DNA from: Anaerohalosphaeraceae bacterium
GTDB taxonomy: Bacteria; Planctomycetota; Phycisphaerae; Sedimentisphaerales; Anaerohalosphaeraceae
Reading direction: 5' to 3'
Assembly: GCA_963675525.2 (NCBI GenBank)
Contig: CAXXSL010000011.1
Span: 64,001-128,000, forward strand
Length of the DNA stretch: 64,000 bases
Position 1 is the stretch's first letter, and each line of letters starts with the position of its first letter. The position numbers and the translations under genes were made by a program. Shown here piece by piece: positions 45,989 to 54,794 of this stretch. The notes under the pieces were generated by a model. It had not been told where the DNA came from. It searched no databases and saw only the letters and a list, made by a program, of their open reading frames with translations.

Positions 45989-48874
45989 TTACCAAGCCAA
46001 CGGTTTCTGCCAGGCTTCTTTTAAGGCATCCAGATTCGCGTCGATAACCGTTTGCTGCTTACGGTCCCGTACGCGCAGTTTCTTTTCCGCGATAACCTCA
46101 CCGATCTGTCCGAACGGAAGATTCAGCATCCGTTTAGCAAACGCATCGAAATCCTGCGGCTCGACTTCAACCAGGTAACGTGAACAGGATTCACTGAACA
46201 GCAGTGTTTCCGTCCTGACACAATCATCGGCAGCCGGGGCTCCGCGCAGGTCGGTTTCGATGCCATAACCGCCCGCAAAGGCCATTTCCGCCAATGCGGT
46301 TGCAAGACCGCCTTCTGAGCAGTCATGGCAGGACCGTACCAGGCCGCTTTGAATGGCTTGATAAATCCGTTTGGCCGTTTGTGCCGCAACCTTGACGTCT
46401 GTCCGGGGAACAGTGGCTCCAAGCTGGTCGTTGACCTTATAATAATGCGACCCGCCCAGTTCGTTCTTTGTCAGCCCGACCGCAAAGATCAGGTTGCCGG
46501 GCTGTTTAACATCCATCGTCACGCATGTGTTGACATCCTCCACCAGACCGATCGCACTGATCAGTAGAGTGTATGGAATGGCGATGCGTGTTCCGTCATC
46601 ACAGACAAATTCATTATTCAGTGAATCCTTACCGGAGATGAACGGTGCCCCAAATCCCATCGCCCCGTCATAGCAAGCCTGCGAAGCCCGCACCAACGCG
46701 CCCAGCATTTCCGGCCGGGTACAGTCGCCCCAGCAATAGTTATCCAGCAACGCAATGCGATCCGGATCGGAGCCGACACAAACCAAATTTCGAATCGCTT
46801 CATCAATGCCCGCCAATGCCATCCAGTACGGGTCAATGTCGCCGTAGCACGGATTCATGCCGCAACTGAGCGAAACGCCCTTGTCATGACCGTACTTGGG
46901 ACGAATGACCGCCGCATCCATCGGGCCGTCATTATCAATCCCCATCAGGGGCTTGATCACGCTGCCGCCCTGCACCTCATGGTCGTACTGACGGATCACC
47001 CATTCCTTCGAAGCCACATTATACGAGCCGAGAATTTTAAGCAGGTCGTCATTGTAGCTGTCTTTTTCATCAAGCACCGGCTCGGACAGTTTTTTTGTTT
47101 CCCATTTGGCTTTGCGGTCATATTTACAGATACCCTCATGCAGGAAGTCCATATCCAACTGTCCGACCTGCGTACCATTGTATCGCAGCGTTAGTTTCTT
47201 ATCACCGGTAAAGGTGCCGATAACGGTCGCCTCAACATCTTCGGACTTAAAGATAGTCATGATCGCATCAAGATTTTCCGGCTTGACGGCAATGACCATG
47301 CGTTCCTGCGCCTCGCTGATCCAGATTTCCGTATAGGTCAGGCCCGCATACTTCAGCGGCACTTTTTCCAAATCCACTTCGACGCCGAGCTTTTCGCCCA
47401 TTTCGCCGACCGCACTGGAGAGTCCCCCCGCCCCGCAGTCGGTGATGGATTCATACAAATTCGCGTCACGTGTCTGCAACAGTGTATCGAGCGTTTTCTT
47501 TTCCGTAATCGCATTACCAATTTGTACGGCATGGGAGAAAATCTCTTCATGCTCGTGGGTCATCTCACCGCTGGAGAAGGTTGCACCGTGAATGCCGTCC
47601 CGGCCGGTTCTGCCGCCGACAACCACAACTAAATTGCCTGCTTGTGCATTCTTAAAACATTTTTCTCGCGGAATCAAGCCGACATTCCCGCAGAACACCA
47701 AGGGATTGGACAGGTAACGGTCATCGAAATAGAGTGCCCCGTTGACCGTCGGAATCCCCATGCGGTTGCCATAGTCCCGCACACCGGCGACAACGCCCTT
47801 CATAATACGACGCGGATGCAGCACGCCCTTCGGCACGTCTTCCAACTTCATGTCCGGCCGGGCAAAGCAGAATATATCCGTATTCGCCACCGGTTTGGCA
47901 CCCATGCCGGTTCCCATCGGGTCCCGGATCACCCCGCCGATGCCGGTCGCGGCTCCGCCGTAAGGGTCCAGCGCCGAGGGATGATTATGCGTTTCAACCT
48001 TAAAACACACCGCGTGTTCATCGTCAAATTCGATCACACCTGCGTTATCTTCGAAAACGGAAATGCACCAGTCTTTGTTCAAATCCTTGGTGGCCTTGAA
48101 GATGGTTTCCTTGATGAGATTATCAAAATAGATTTTCTCGCCGTCCAGATCCATGTCCACACTGCTTTTGAGCGTCTTATGAACACAGTGCTCGCTCCAC
48201 GTCTGGGCCAGCGTCTCCAGTTCAACATCGGTCGGCTCGCGGTCCAGTTTGCGATATTCGTCCCGGATCGTCTGCATCTCCTTGAGATTCAGGAACATAT
48301 CCTTTTCTTTGCTGAGCTGCATGAGTTGTTCATCCGTCAGCTCGCGAATCGGAACGTTCGTCAGCACCATCTCATACGGCTGAATATGCGGACTCGGCGG
48401 GTCGGCATCCATCCCATAAATGACGTCTTCGATGCAGTCATTGGCCAAAGTCCGGCGGGCAATCGTTTCACGCTCTTTGTCGGAAACGTTGCCGAGCAGA
48501 ACATATTTGCGGGCCGTTCGAACCGAAACCCCGTCGCCGGCCCCCATATCCGACAACGCCGCCATGACCGATTCGGCCACCGGATCGGTCACGCCGCTTT
48601 TCAAATGCACCTCGATCAAGGTCGCAGGCATCGGTCCGGCGGGAACGCCGCTTTTGCCGATATGCCAATCCTGGCAGACGGTATCGCTAAGCAGTTCTTT
48701 AGCCACACGCTCGGCAAAGGCCTGGTCAAAATCGGCCTCAATCAGGTAGACCTTTTCGGAAATGACGTCCTCGACGGAAGTTATATTTAACTGCCGAATG
48801 TCCTCCAGCACATCTTTGCCGCCAACATCCGGAAACCCCTGCTTCGATGAAATCTCAAATCGCCACTGTTTCAC
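45989..48874 (-). CDS. purL: FGAM synthase PurL with fused N-terminal PurS-like region
   Basis: TWSEHC, VETHNHPS, GGAATG, GRDGIHGA, DCGAGG, ISGKDSL; N-terminal GVTDPVA; probable GTG start 48874. Confidence 0.95.
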   Translation of the reverse strand: MKQWRFEISSKQGFPDVGGKDVLEDIRQLNITSVEDVISEKVYLIEADFDQAFAERVAKELLSDTVCQDWHIGKSGVPAGPMPATLIEVHLKSGVTDPVAESVMAALSDMGAGDGVSVRTARKYVLLGNVSDKERETIARRTLANDCIEDVIYGMDADPPSPHIQPYEMVLTNVPIRELTDEQLMQLSKEKDMFLNLKEMQTIRDEYRKLDREPTDVELETLAQTWSEHCVHKTLKSSVDMDLDGEKIYFDNLIKETIFKATKDLNKDWCISVFEDNAGVIEFDDEHAVCFKVETHNHPSALDPYGGAATGIGGVIRDPMGTGMGAKPVANTDIFCFARPDMKLEDVPKGVLHPRRIMKGVVAGVRDYGNRMGIPTVNGALYFDDRYLSNPLVFCGNVGLIPREKCFKNAQAGNLVVVVGGRTGRDGIHGATFSSGEMTHEHEEIFSHAVQIGNAITEKKTLDTLLQTRDANLYESITDCGAGGLSSAVGEMGEKLGVEVDLEKVPLKYAGLTYTEIWISEAQERMVIAVKPENLDAIMTIFKSEDVEATVIGTFTGDKKLTLRYNGTQVGQLDMDFLHEGICKYDRKAKWETKKLSEPVLDEKDSYNDDLLKILGSYNVASKEWVIRQYDHEVQGGSVIKPLMGIDNDGPMDAAVIRPKYGHDKGVSLSCGMNPCYGDIDPYWMALAGIDEAIRNLVCVGSDPDRIALLDNYCWGDCTRPEMLGALVRASQACYDGAMGFGAPFISGKDSLNNEFVCDDGTRIAIPYTLLISAIGLVEDVNTCVTMDVKQPGNLIFAVGLTKNELGGSHYYKVNDQLGATVPRTDVKVAAQTAKRIYQAIQSGLVRSCHDCSEGGLATALAEMAFAGGYGIETDLRGAPAADDCVRTETLLFSESCSRYLVEVEPQDFDAFAKRMLNLPFGQIGEVIAEKKLRVRDRKQQTVIDANLDALKEAWQKPLAW

Positions 48875-48897
48875 AATCAATCCCTTAATAAATTCCT

Positions 48898-48926
48898 TGT
48901 CATTCCCGCACACGGTGCCGAATCCA
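48898..48926. repeat. Degenerate single arm of the REP at 30761-30824
   Basis: TGTCATTCCCGC...GAATCCA. Confidence 0.5.
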
Positions 48927-49071
48927 TCTTAAAAACAGCATCGGCCAAAAGCCGAATCCGAATTTTTGCTATTTTATCTTTGATTTTTAACAGATGGGGG
49001 CATGTTACACAAAACCGGTGTTCTTCTCAATAAGGAATCAGAAAATCTTTTCTGATTTCCTGCATATAGCA

Positions 49072-49248
49072 TCAATAACAACTCTTTTTCTCCATACAGA
49101 CGACCAAGCCGAACGCGTTTTTGGCTTTTTTGATAGCAACGAGCTTGTCCATTGTTGCGGATTCTTCCAACTGTATATCCGGCAGAGATTCCAACAGTAA
49201 CAGGATTAACGAAACTATCAAAGCATAGTTCACATTCTGAGGGAATAG
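49072..49248 (-). pseudogene. Probable C-terminal remnant of a trypsin-like (S1) peptidase gene
   Basis: Start-less frame LFPQNVNYALIVSLILLLLESLP...GLVVCME; PQNVNYA recalls the end of bacterial trypsin-like peptidase domains. Confidence 0.4.
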
Positions 49249-49251
49249 CTA

Positions 49252-49458
49252 TTATTTCCCCTCAATAATCCAATAACCTCGGCAATGTCCTTTTCTTATG
49301 CCCCTCTTTTTTCGTGCCAAATCACCTAATACAGTTCGAACCCTATGCTTCCATTCTGGAACACGATCTTGACTGCTTTGACAAAATTCACAACAAATTA
49401 AATCATCATCACAAAAATGTGGATATTTTTCTTTCACAGTTAAATATATCTTTTCCAC
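49252..49458 (-). pseudogene. Short AT-rich ORF, likely a gene fragment
   Basis: 68 aa, GTG start, no clear RBS; PEWKHRVR...GYW resembles a winged-helix end. Confidence 0.35.
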
Positions 49459-49542
49459 GTTATTGGCAGATCGCCAACGTTTGAAGTCACAATATGCGAT
49501 TTCAAGTATGCCCCCATATCTATCCCTTCTCCGAGAAACCGT

Positions 49543-50094
49543 TTATTTTTTTGTTTTGGTAGCTTGAGCCTCTGTGTGATAGCCGATTTGTTTCTTGGGT
49601 TTTACGTCTTCAGCCACCATGGCTTTGAGAATATCAAAAATACGCTGGATTTGTTGATCCTGCCGGGAGTCTTTCTTTTCGAGCATTTCGATCCGTCGGC
49701 GAAGGAGTCCGTTGTCGGCCATAATTTTCCGCAAATGGACGAATGTACGCATGATCGCGATATTAACCTCCACGGCCTGCCTGCTTCGCAGCACACTGGA
49801 GAGCATCGCCACCCCCTGCTCCGTAAACGCATAGGGACGCGCTCGACGCATCCCGCCCCAACTTGAAATCACAATTTGTGATTTCAAGTTTTCAAACTCC
49901 TGCGGACTTAACTGAAACATGAAATCGGATGGAAAACGCTCACTGTTACGCTTGACAGCCTGAATTAACACACGCGGTTCAACACCATAAAGCAACGCCA
50001 AATCAGGACTTAACATAACCTTTTCCCCTCGCAAGTAATAAATGCACTGCTGGACACGTTCAATGGGAATAATTGATTGTTCCTTCCCTGCCAC
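49543..50094 (-). CDS. ORF6N (KilA-N-like) DNA-binding domain protein
   Basis: RGEKVML..DLA.LYGV, QAVKRN.ERFP.DFMFQL, PYAFTEQGVAMLSSVLRS; AAGGAGG RBS. Confidence 0.92.
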   Translation of the reverse strand: MAGKEQSIIPIERVQQCIYYLRGEKVMLSPDLALLYGVEPRVLIQAVKRNSERFPSDFMFQLSPQEFENLKSQIVISSWGGMRRARPYAFTEQGVAMLSSVLRSRQAVEVNIAIMRTFVHLRKIMADNGLLRRRIEMLEKKDSRQDQQIQRIFDILKAMVAEDVKPKKQIGYHTEAQATKTKK

Positions 50095-50120
50095 CGATGT
50101 TTACCTCCTTAAATTACCTT

Positions 50121-50993
50121 TCAGAATAATTCTTTCTGGTCGATCTTCTGCTGGATCATTTTACTTCGTTTTTCGCCGGCCTGCTCGAGCAGTTTTTTCA
50201 CCTTCTTCTCATCGCCGTCGGCTATCGCCTTCCGCATAAGCTTTAACTGGGCGATCAAGGCGTCGATGCCCTTGACGCAGGTCGGGGCATTGGTCATCAG
50301 GATATCGGCCCAGACATTGGCCGGACCGGAGGCAACGCGGGTCGTATCGATAAATCCGCGGCCGGCAAACTGCATATTTTCAGAACTGTTGGCATTGACC
50401 AACGCCGTTGCCGTCAAATGCGGCAGATGGCTGACCATGCCGAAGATCTTATCGTGCCGGGCAGGTGTCATTATCCGAACCGCACATCCCAGGGATGTCC
50501 AAAATTTCTCCAAAACCTTCACCGATGCCGCATCCGTACCGGCGGTTTTGGTCAGAATACAGTTCGCCCCGGCCAACAAGTCGTCACGGGCATATTCGAC
50601 TCCCCGTTTTTCCGAACCGGCAATTGGATGAGACCCGACGTAAAAGACCTGTTTGGGTAAATGTTCTTTCGCCCAGCGGTGCGGCAATGACTTTGTAGAG
50701 CCAACATCGGTTACAATGGCACCATCCTTCAGGCAAGGGGTCATTTCTATAAAGTAGTCCTGGAATGTTTGGATCGGGGTGGCCAGAATAACGATGTCTG
50801 AATTCTGGACTGCGTCGGTCAGGGTTTCGGCGATCTCATGGGCAACGCCGTACTGACGCGATTTTTGACGCGTTTCGCAACGATGACTATAGCCGACAAC
50901 CTTAACGTGCGGCAAATCCCGTTTTACCGTAAGGGTCACGCTGGCCCCTAAAAGGCCCATGCCAACCACACTGACTTGTTTTAAGTTTTTCAT
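50121..50993 (-). CDS. tyrA: Prephenate/arogenate dehydrogenase
   Basis: GMGLLG, TDVGSTK, HPIAGSE, SHLPH, DTTRVAS. Confidence 0.92.
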   Translation of the reverse strand: MKNLKQVSVVGMGLLGASVTLTVKRDLPHVKVVGYSHRCETRQKSRQYGVAHEIAETLTDAVQNSDIVILATPIQTFQDYFIEMTPCLKDGAIVTDVGSTKSLPHRWAKEHLPKQVFYVGSHPIAGSEKRGVEYARDDLLAGANCILTKTAGTDAASVKVLEKFWTSLGCAVRIMTPARHDKIFGMVSHLPHLTATALVNANSSENMQFAGRGFIDTTRVASGPANVWADILMTNAPTCVKGIDALIAQLKLMRKAIADGDEKKVKKLLEQAGEKRSKMIQQKIDQKELF

Positions 50994-51039
50994 ATATAAG
51001 AACTTATAAAAAAGTTACAAAGCCCATCATAATACAAGA

Positions 51040-51068
51040 AAAGTACATCCTAAAAGGGCTAATGTCAA
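51040..51068 (-). promoter_or_regulatory. Putative sigma70 promoter of tyrA
   Basis: Minus strand TTGACA-N17-TACTTT. Confidence 0.5.
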
Positions 51069-51213
51069 TTTTTTTCTTTCATTTCACCTGCAAAAATGCT
51101 AATATGTCGCCGTAATTGTGAAAGCAGCCGCCGGAGGCGGTAACGAAAACGAAGATTCTGATTCGCCCCGAGGTGGACAGATTTTTTTCTTATATAGGAT
51201 ATCAACCGGAAAA

Positions 51214-52308
51214 ATGACAGGACAGGATACAAAAAATACGGTCAATCAGTATCTGCCGTTCGAGCAGGAGGTCTCCCAGATCGACCAGGAGATCGAGCAG
51301 CTTCGTACCCAGGACGAACGGGGATCGATACAGGGAAAAAACGCCCTGCATATCCGAAAACTCCAGGTACGGCAGACAGACCTTCTCAAAAATATCTATT
51401 CGACTCTCTCACCCTGGCAAACCGTTCAGGTGTCGCGCCATCCGCAGCGTCCCCTGCTGGGGGATTACCTGAATCTGATGTTCAAGGATATCCGCCAACT
51501 GCACGGTGATCGTTGTTTCGGCGACGACCCGGCGATCGTTACCGCCCTGGGACAGATCGGGCATCAGCGTGTGATGATCATCGGGCAAAATAAAGGCAAA
51601 GACATCAAAGAGAAAGTCGCCTGCAACTTCGGTTGCCCCAACCCGGAAGGTTACCGCAAGGCCCTGGCCAAGATGAAACTGGCCGAAAAATACGGACTGC
51701 CAATTGTGACATTGATCGATACGCCGGGCGCTTATCCGGGTATCGGAGCCGAAGAACGCGGCCAGTCACAAGCGATTGCCGTAAACCTGATGGAAATGTC
51801 ACGGCTGCGTGTGCCAATCGTCTGCGTAATCATCGGCGAAGGCGGTTCCGGCGGCGCATTGGGCATTGGTGTCGGTGACAAAGTCGCGATCCTCGAACAT
51901 GCATATTACTCGGTGATTTCTCCGGAAGGCTGTGCGGCCATTCTCTGGCACGACGGAACACAGGCGCCGATTGCCGCTGAGGCCCTGCGTCTGACGGGCA
52001 AAGAACTTTTGAATCTGAAACTTGTGGACGCAGTTATTCAGGAACCCCTCGGCGGCGCTCACCGGAATGTCCACGACACGATCTATAACGTCGAACAATA
52101 TATCACTAAGACACTCAGGCAGCTTAAACGCACTCCGATCGACAAACTGGTAGATGTCCGTTACCAGAAACTGCGGGATATCGGTGCCAATTGTGCCCGG
52201 GCATATGATGCATCTGTAAAACAAGACAAACCGGAAATCCCCGAACATTTGTCATTGAAAGCCCAGTTGGCAATATCACAAAAGGAAAATGCAGCCAACC
52301 CGAATTAA
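51214..52308 (+). CDS. accA: Acetyl-CoA carboxylase carboxyltransferase alpha subunit
   Basis: LHGDR, PEGYRKA, IDTPGAYPG, GEGGSGGA, SPEGCAAILW, EPLGGAH; start ATG 51214. Confidence 0.96.
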   Translation: MTGQDTKNTVNQYLPFEQEVSQIDQEIEQLRTQDERGSIQGKNALHIRKLQVRQTDLLKNIYSTLSPWQTVQVSRHPQRPLLGDYLNLMFKDIRQLHGDRCFGDDPAIVTALGQIGHQRVMIIGQNKGKDIKEKVACNFGCPNPEGYRKALAKMKLAEKYGLPIVTLIDTPGAYPGIGAEERGQSQAIAVNLMEMSRLRVPIVCVIIGEGGSGGALGIGVGDKVAILEHAYYSVISPEGCAAILWHDGTQAPIAAEALRLTGKELLNLKLVDAVIQEPLGGAHRNVHDTIYNVEQYITKTLRQLKRTPIDKLVDVRYQKLRDIGANCARAYDASVKQDKPEIPEHLSLKAQLAISQKENAANPN

Positions 52309-52324
52309 TTCGAAAAAACAAACA

Positions 52325-52357
52325 AAAAGCCGGAGTGAAGGATTCACTCCGGCTTTT
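52325..52357. terminator. Bidirectional Rho-independent terminator
   Basis: AAAAGCCGGAGTGAA-GGA-TTCACTCCGGCTTTT between convergent accA and rpiB. Confidence 0.85.
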
Positions 52358-52382
52358 CAACTATATTCTTAGGGGACAAAAA

Positions 52383-52853
52383 CTATTGGGTCGTTGTGAT
52401 TTCCCTGGGATCATGACCCTCTTCGATAGCCTCTATCTTACGAACACGACGAAGGTGACGTCCGGCTACAAACTCGGTCGTCAGCCATGTTTCCACAACT
52501 TTCCGCATCATGGTCGGCCCCAGCAAATCCCCCGACAAACACAATACATTCGCATCATTATGTTCGCGGGACAGTTTGGCCGCCAGTTCATCAAAACACA
52601 ATGCCGCACGGATGCCCTTGATCTTGTTGGCCGCAATGCTCATGCCAATACCCGTCCCGCAGACCAGAATCGCACGGTCGGCCTGCTTTTCGGCGACCGC
52701 CAGGGAGGCTACATAGGCCGTATCCGGATAATCCACAGGCTGATCGCTCGGGTTGGCAAAATCCAGACACTCAAAACCCAATTGCGAAATAATCGCTTTG
52801 ATCTGCTCGATTGCTTTGTGTCCTCGATGGTCATTTGCAACTGCAATTTTCAT
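52383..52853 (-). CDS. rpiB: Ribose-5-phosphate isomerase B
   Basis: NDHRG, DYPD, CGTGIGMS, HNDANVL, GRHLRRV. Confidence 0.95.
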   Translation of the reverse strand: MKIAVANDHRGHKAIEQIKAIISQLGFECLDFANPSDQPVDYPDTAYVASLAVAEKQADRAILVCGTGIGMSIAANKIKGIRAALCFDELAAKLSREHNDANVLCLSGDLLGPTMMRKVVETWLTTEFVAGRHLRRVRKIEAIEEGHDPREITTTQ

Positions 52854-53971
52854 AAAATCTCGCCTACTCGTTGTTTAACAGCCTTTTCAATCTGATTAAA
52901 ACATTGCTGATAGACTCCTACCCCCATACCTATGGGGTCAGCAATATCACCGTCTGCATCCAGCAAAAAACATTTGTCCGCCGCTTGCGGATAATGCTCA
53001 ATAATACTCTGCAAATGACCACCACCCATGACAAAAATACGATCATATGCTTCGATCTCATGGGATGTCAGCGGAAGACTTCGGTGTTCTTCCAATTCGA
53101 CGCCCTGCTGTCGGCAAACCTCAATCGCATGAGAACTTGCCGGCATTCCTACCATTGCAGCGACCCCTGCAGAACTCATGATATACCCGAAATCATCCAG
53201 TTCGTCAACCGAACAACCTAAAATGTCACAAAAATGTTTTCGGCACACCGCTTCGGCCATCGGACTTCGGCATGTATTGCCCGTACAAACAAACACCATT
53301 CGAAGTGTCGTCAATTCACGAATTCGATCAGGGGAAACCGCCCCCTGCCGAAGTATTTGGACATGCGAGTTACCTATTTTAACAACCGTACTGCTTTTAG
53401 GTGTGTTTTGTCCGGTAACAGGTGCATCAACAATCGCATCAATAACACCGTCAAAATAGGCGGCCACCTGCTCACACGTTCCGGCAGGTTCCCTGCCTGC
53501 GGGGTTTGCACTGGGGGCCACCACCGGACACTGTGCCTCGGACAGGATCGCCCCCGCCACCGGGTGATCCGGACAGCGAATCCCGATTGTATCATTGGAA
53601 TACAGAAGTTTGACGGTATTTTCGTCCAGTTTTTCTCTAACCTGAGTCAGTGACTTTTCATCAAGCTCGAAGACAATGGTCAACGGCCCGGGCAGCGCGT
53701 TGCGTACCAGCTTACGGGCACGTAATGACATTCGGGGCACATAGCGGTCAATCTGTTCGGGACGGCCGACATGGAGAGTATAGCGTTTATCGGGATGTCT
53801 GCCTTTGACCAAATCCAACCGCTTCATCGCATTGGGCTCGGCCCGGCAACCAATACCATACACCGTCTCGGTAGGAAACGCGACTAATGAGCCGGCCTCC
53901 AGCATTCGAGCTGCCTTTTGAACCGCCTTCACGTCGTTCTCATCTCTGATTTTTATAATTTCAGTCTTCAT
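52850..53971 (-). CDS. tsaC: L-threonylcarbamoyladenylate synthase (TsaC/Sua5) fused to a low-molecular-weight phosphatase (YwlE-like)
   Basis: FPTETVYG, KGR, PGPLT, PSAN; then FVCTGNTCRSPMAE and DIADP. Confidence 0.88.
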   Translation of the reverse strand: MKTEIIKIRDENDVKAVQKAARMLEAGSLVAFPTETVYGIGCRAEPNAMKRLDLVKGRHPDKRYTLHVGRPEQIDRYVPRMSLRARKLVRNALPGPLTIVFELDEKSLTQVREKLDENTVKLLYSNDTIGIRCPDHPVAGAILSEAQCPVVAPSANPAGREPAGTCEQVAAYFDGVIDAIVDAPVTGQNTPKSSTVVKIGNSHVQILRQGAVSPDRIRELTTLRMVFVCTGNTCRSPMAEAVCRKHFCDILGCSVDELDDFGYIMSSAGVAAMVGMPASSHAIEVCRQQGVELEEHRSLPLTSHEIEAYDRIFVMGGGHLQSIIEHYPQAADKCFLLDADGDIADPIGMGVGVYQQCFNQIEKAVKQRVGEIL

Positions 53972-54036
53972 CGCAAAAGGAAATTAACATATTCAGGGCC
54001 CAATTTCCATTAAAAACAGCAAGCCTCTGAAGCATA

Positions 54037-54561
54037 TCAAATCTGCCGGGACAATTCCTCACAAAAGATATCGTAAGCATCCCGACTATACAGGCAGAAT
54101 ATCACTTTTTTCAAACGTGTATCCCCCTTAAGATATTGGATTGTATTTTTGAGCATGATCTTCGCACAGCGATCTTTGGGATACCCGAAAATGCCCGTAC
54201 TGATCGCACAAAAGGCCAGACTCGAAATGTTATTTTTTTCTGTAACTTTAAGGGTATTCAGAGTCGCCAGAGTGAGCTTATTATCTTCATCACCTTCGCC
54301 CATCCGCGGACCGACTGCATGAATGACATACTTTGCCTTCAACTGTCCTGCCGTTGTGATCACCGCCTGTCCGACCTTGATCGGTGCTTTTTGGTTGCAT
54401 TCGTTCTGAATAGCCGAACCGCCTTTTTGGCGGATCGCCCCGGCGACGCCGCCGCCGAGAATTAACTGAGAATTGGCGGCATTGACAACCGCATCGACTT
54501 GCTGTTCGGTAATATCCCCCTGCATAAGTTCGAGATATGTTTGATTGATTATTGTTTCCAT
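54037..54561 (-). CDS. Macro domain protein (ADP-ribose/O-acetyl-ADP-ribose processing)
   Basis: GDIT, VNAAN, GGGVAGAI, VIHAVGP, ISTGIFGYP; AGGAG before ATG 54561. Confidence 0.92.
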   Translation of the reverse strand: METIINQTYLELMQGDITEQQVDAVVNAANSQLILGGGVAGAIRQKGGSAIQNECNQKAPIKVGQAVITTAGQLKAKYVIHAVGPRMGEGDEDNKLTLATLNTLKVTEKNNISSLAFCAISTGIFGYPKDRCAKIMLKNTIQYLKGDTRLKKVIFCLYSRDAYDIFCEELSRQI

Positions 54562-54794
54562 AAGACTCCTCTTGATCTCGATTGTCATTGCCACATCGTT
54601 TCCGGCGGCGAATGAACACGATCCCGAAGCCTATCAAACCTGCTCCGATAACACAAGCAACGAATGTCTTGCCATGAAAACTAACTTTTCCGGACGGCAA
54701 CAGTATTGGCTTTTACGATTTTTTAAAAAACACACTATCCAATAATGAATTTGAATATTTGATTCACGTTGATTTAATCTACTTTTGAAACAGG

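Noticed and set aside
47642..48790. 382-aa plus-strand ORF
   Set aside because: Antisense shadow of purL
49455..49481. Possible integron attC site (GTTGGCG with a short hairpin)
   Set aside because: No paired R/L box structure, no cassette array and no integrase
51118..51213. N-terminal extension of AccA, or a riboswitch in its leader (CCGCC-GGA-GGCGG hairpin at 51128-51140)
   Set aside because: The extension is not AccA-like; the hairpin is too short to assign and matches no riboswitch I recognise
54290..54700. 136-aa ORF with a TM helix followed by RRRKR
   Set aside because: Mostly overlaps the macro-domain gene out of frame; at best a remnant membrane anchor, not supportable as a gene
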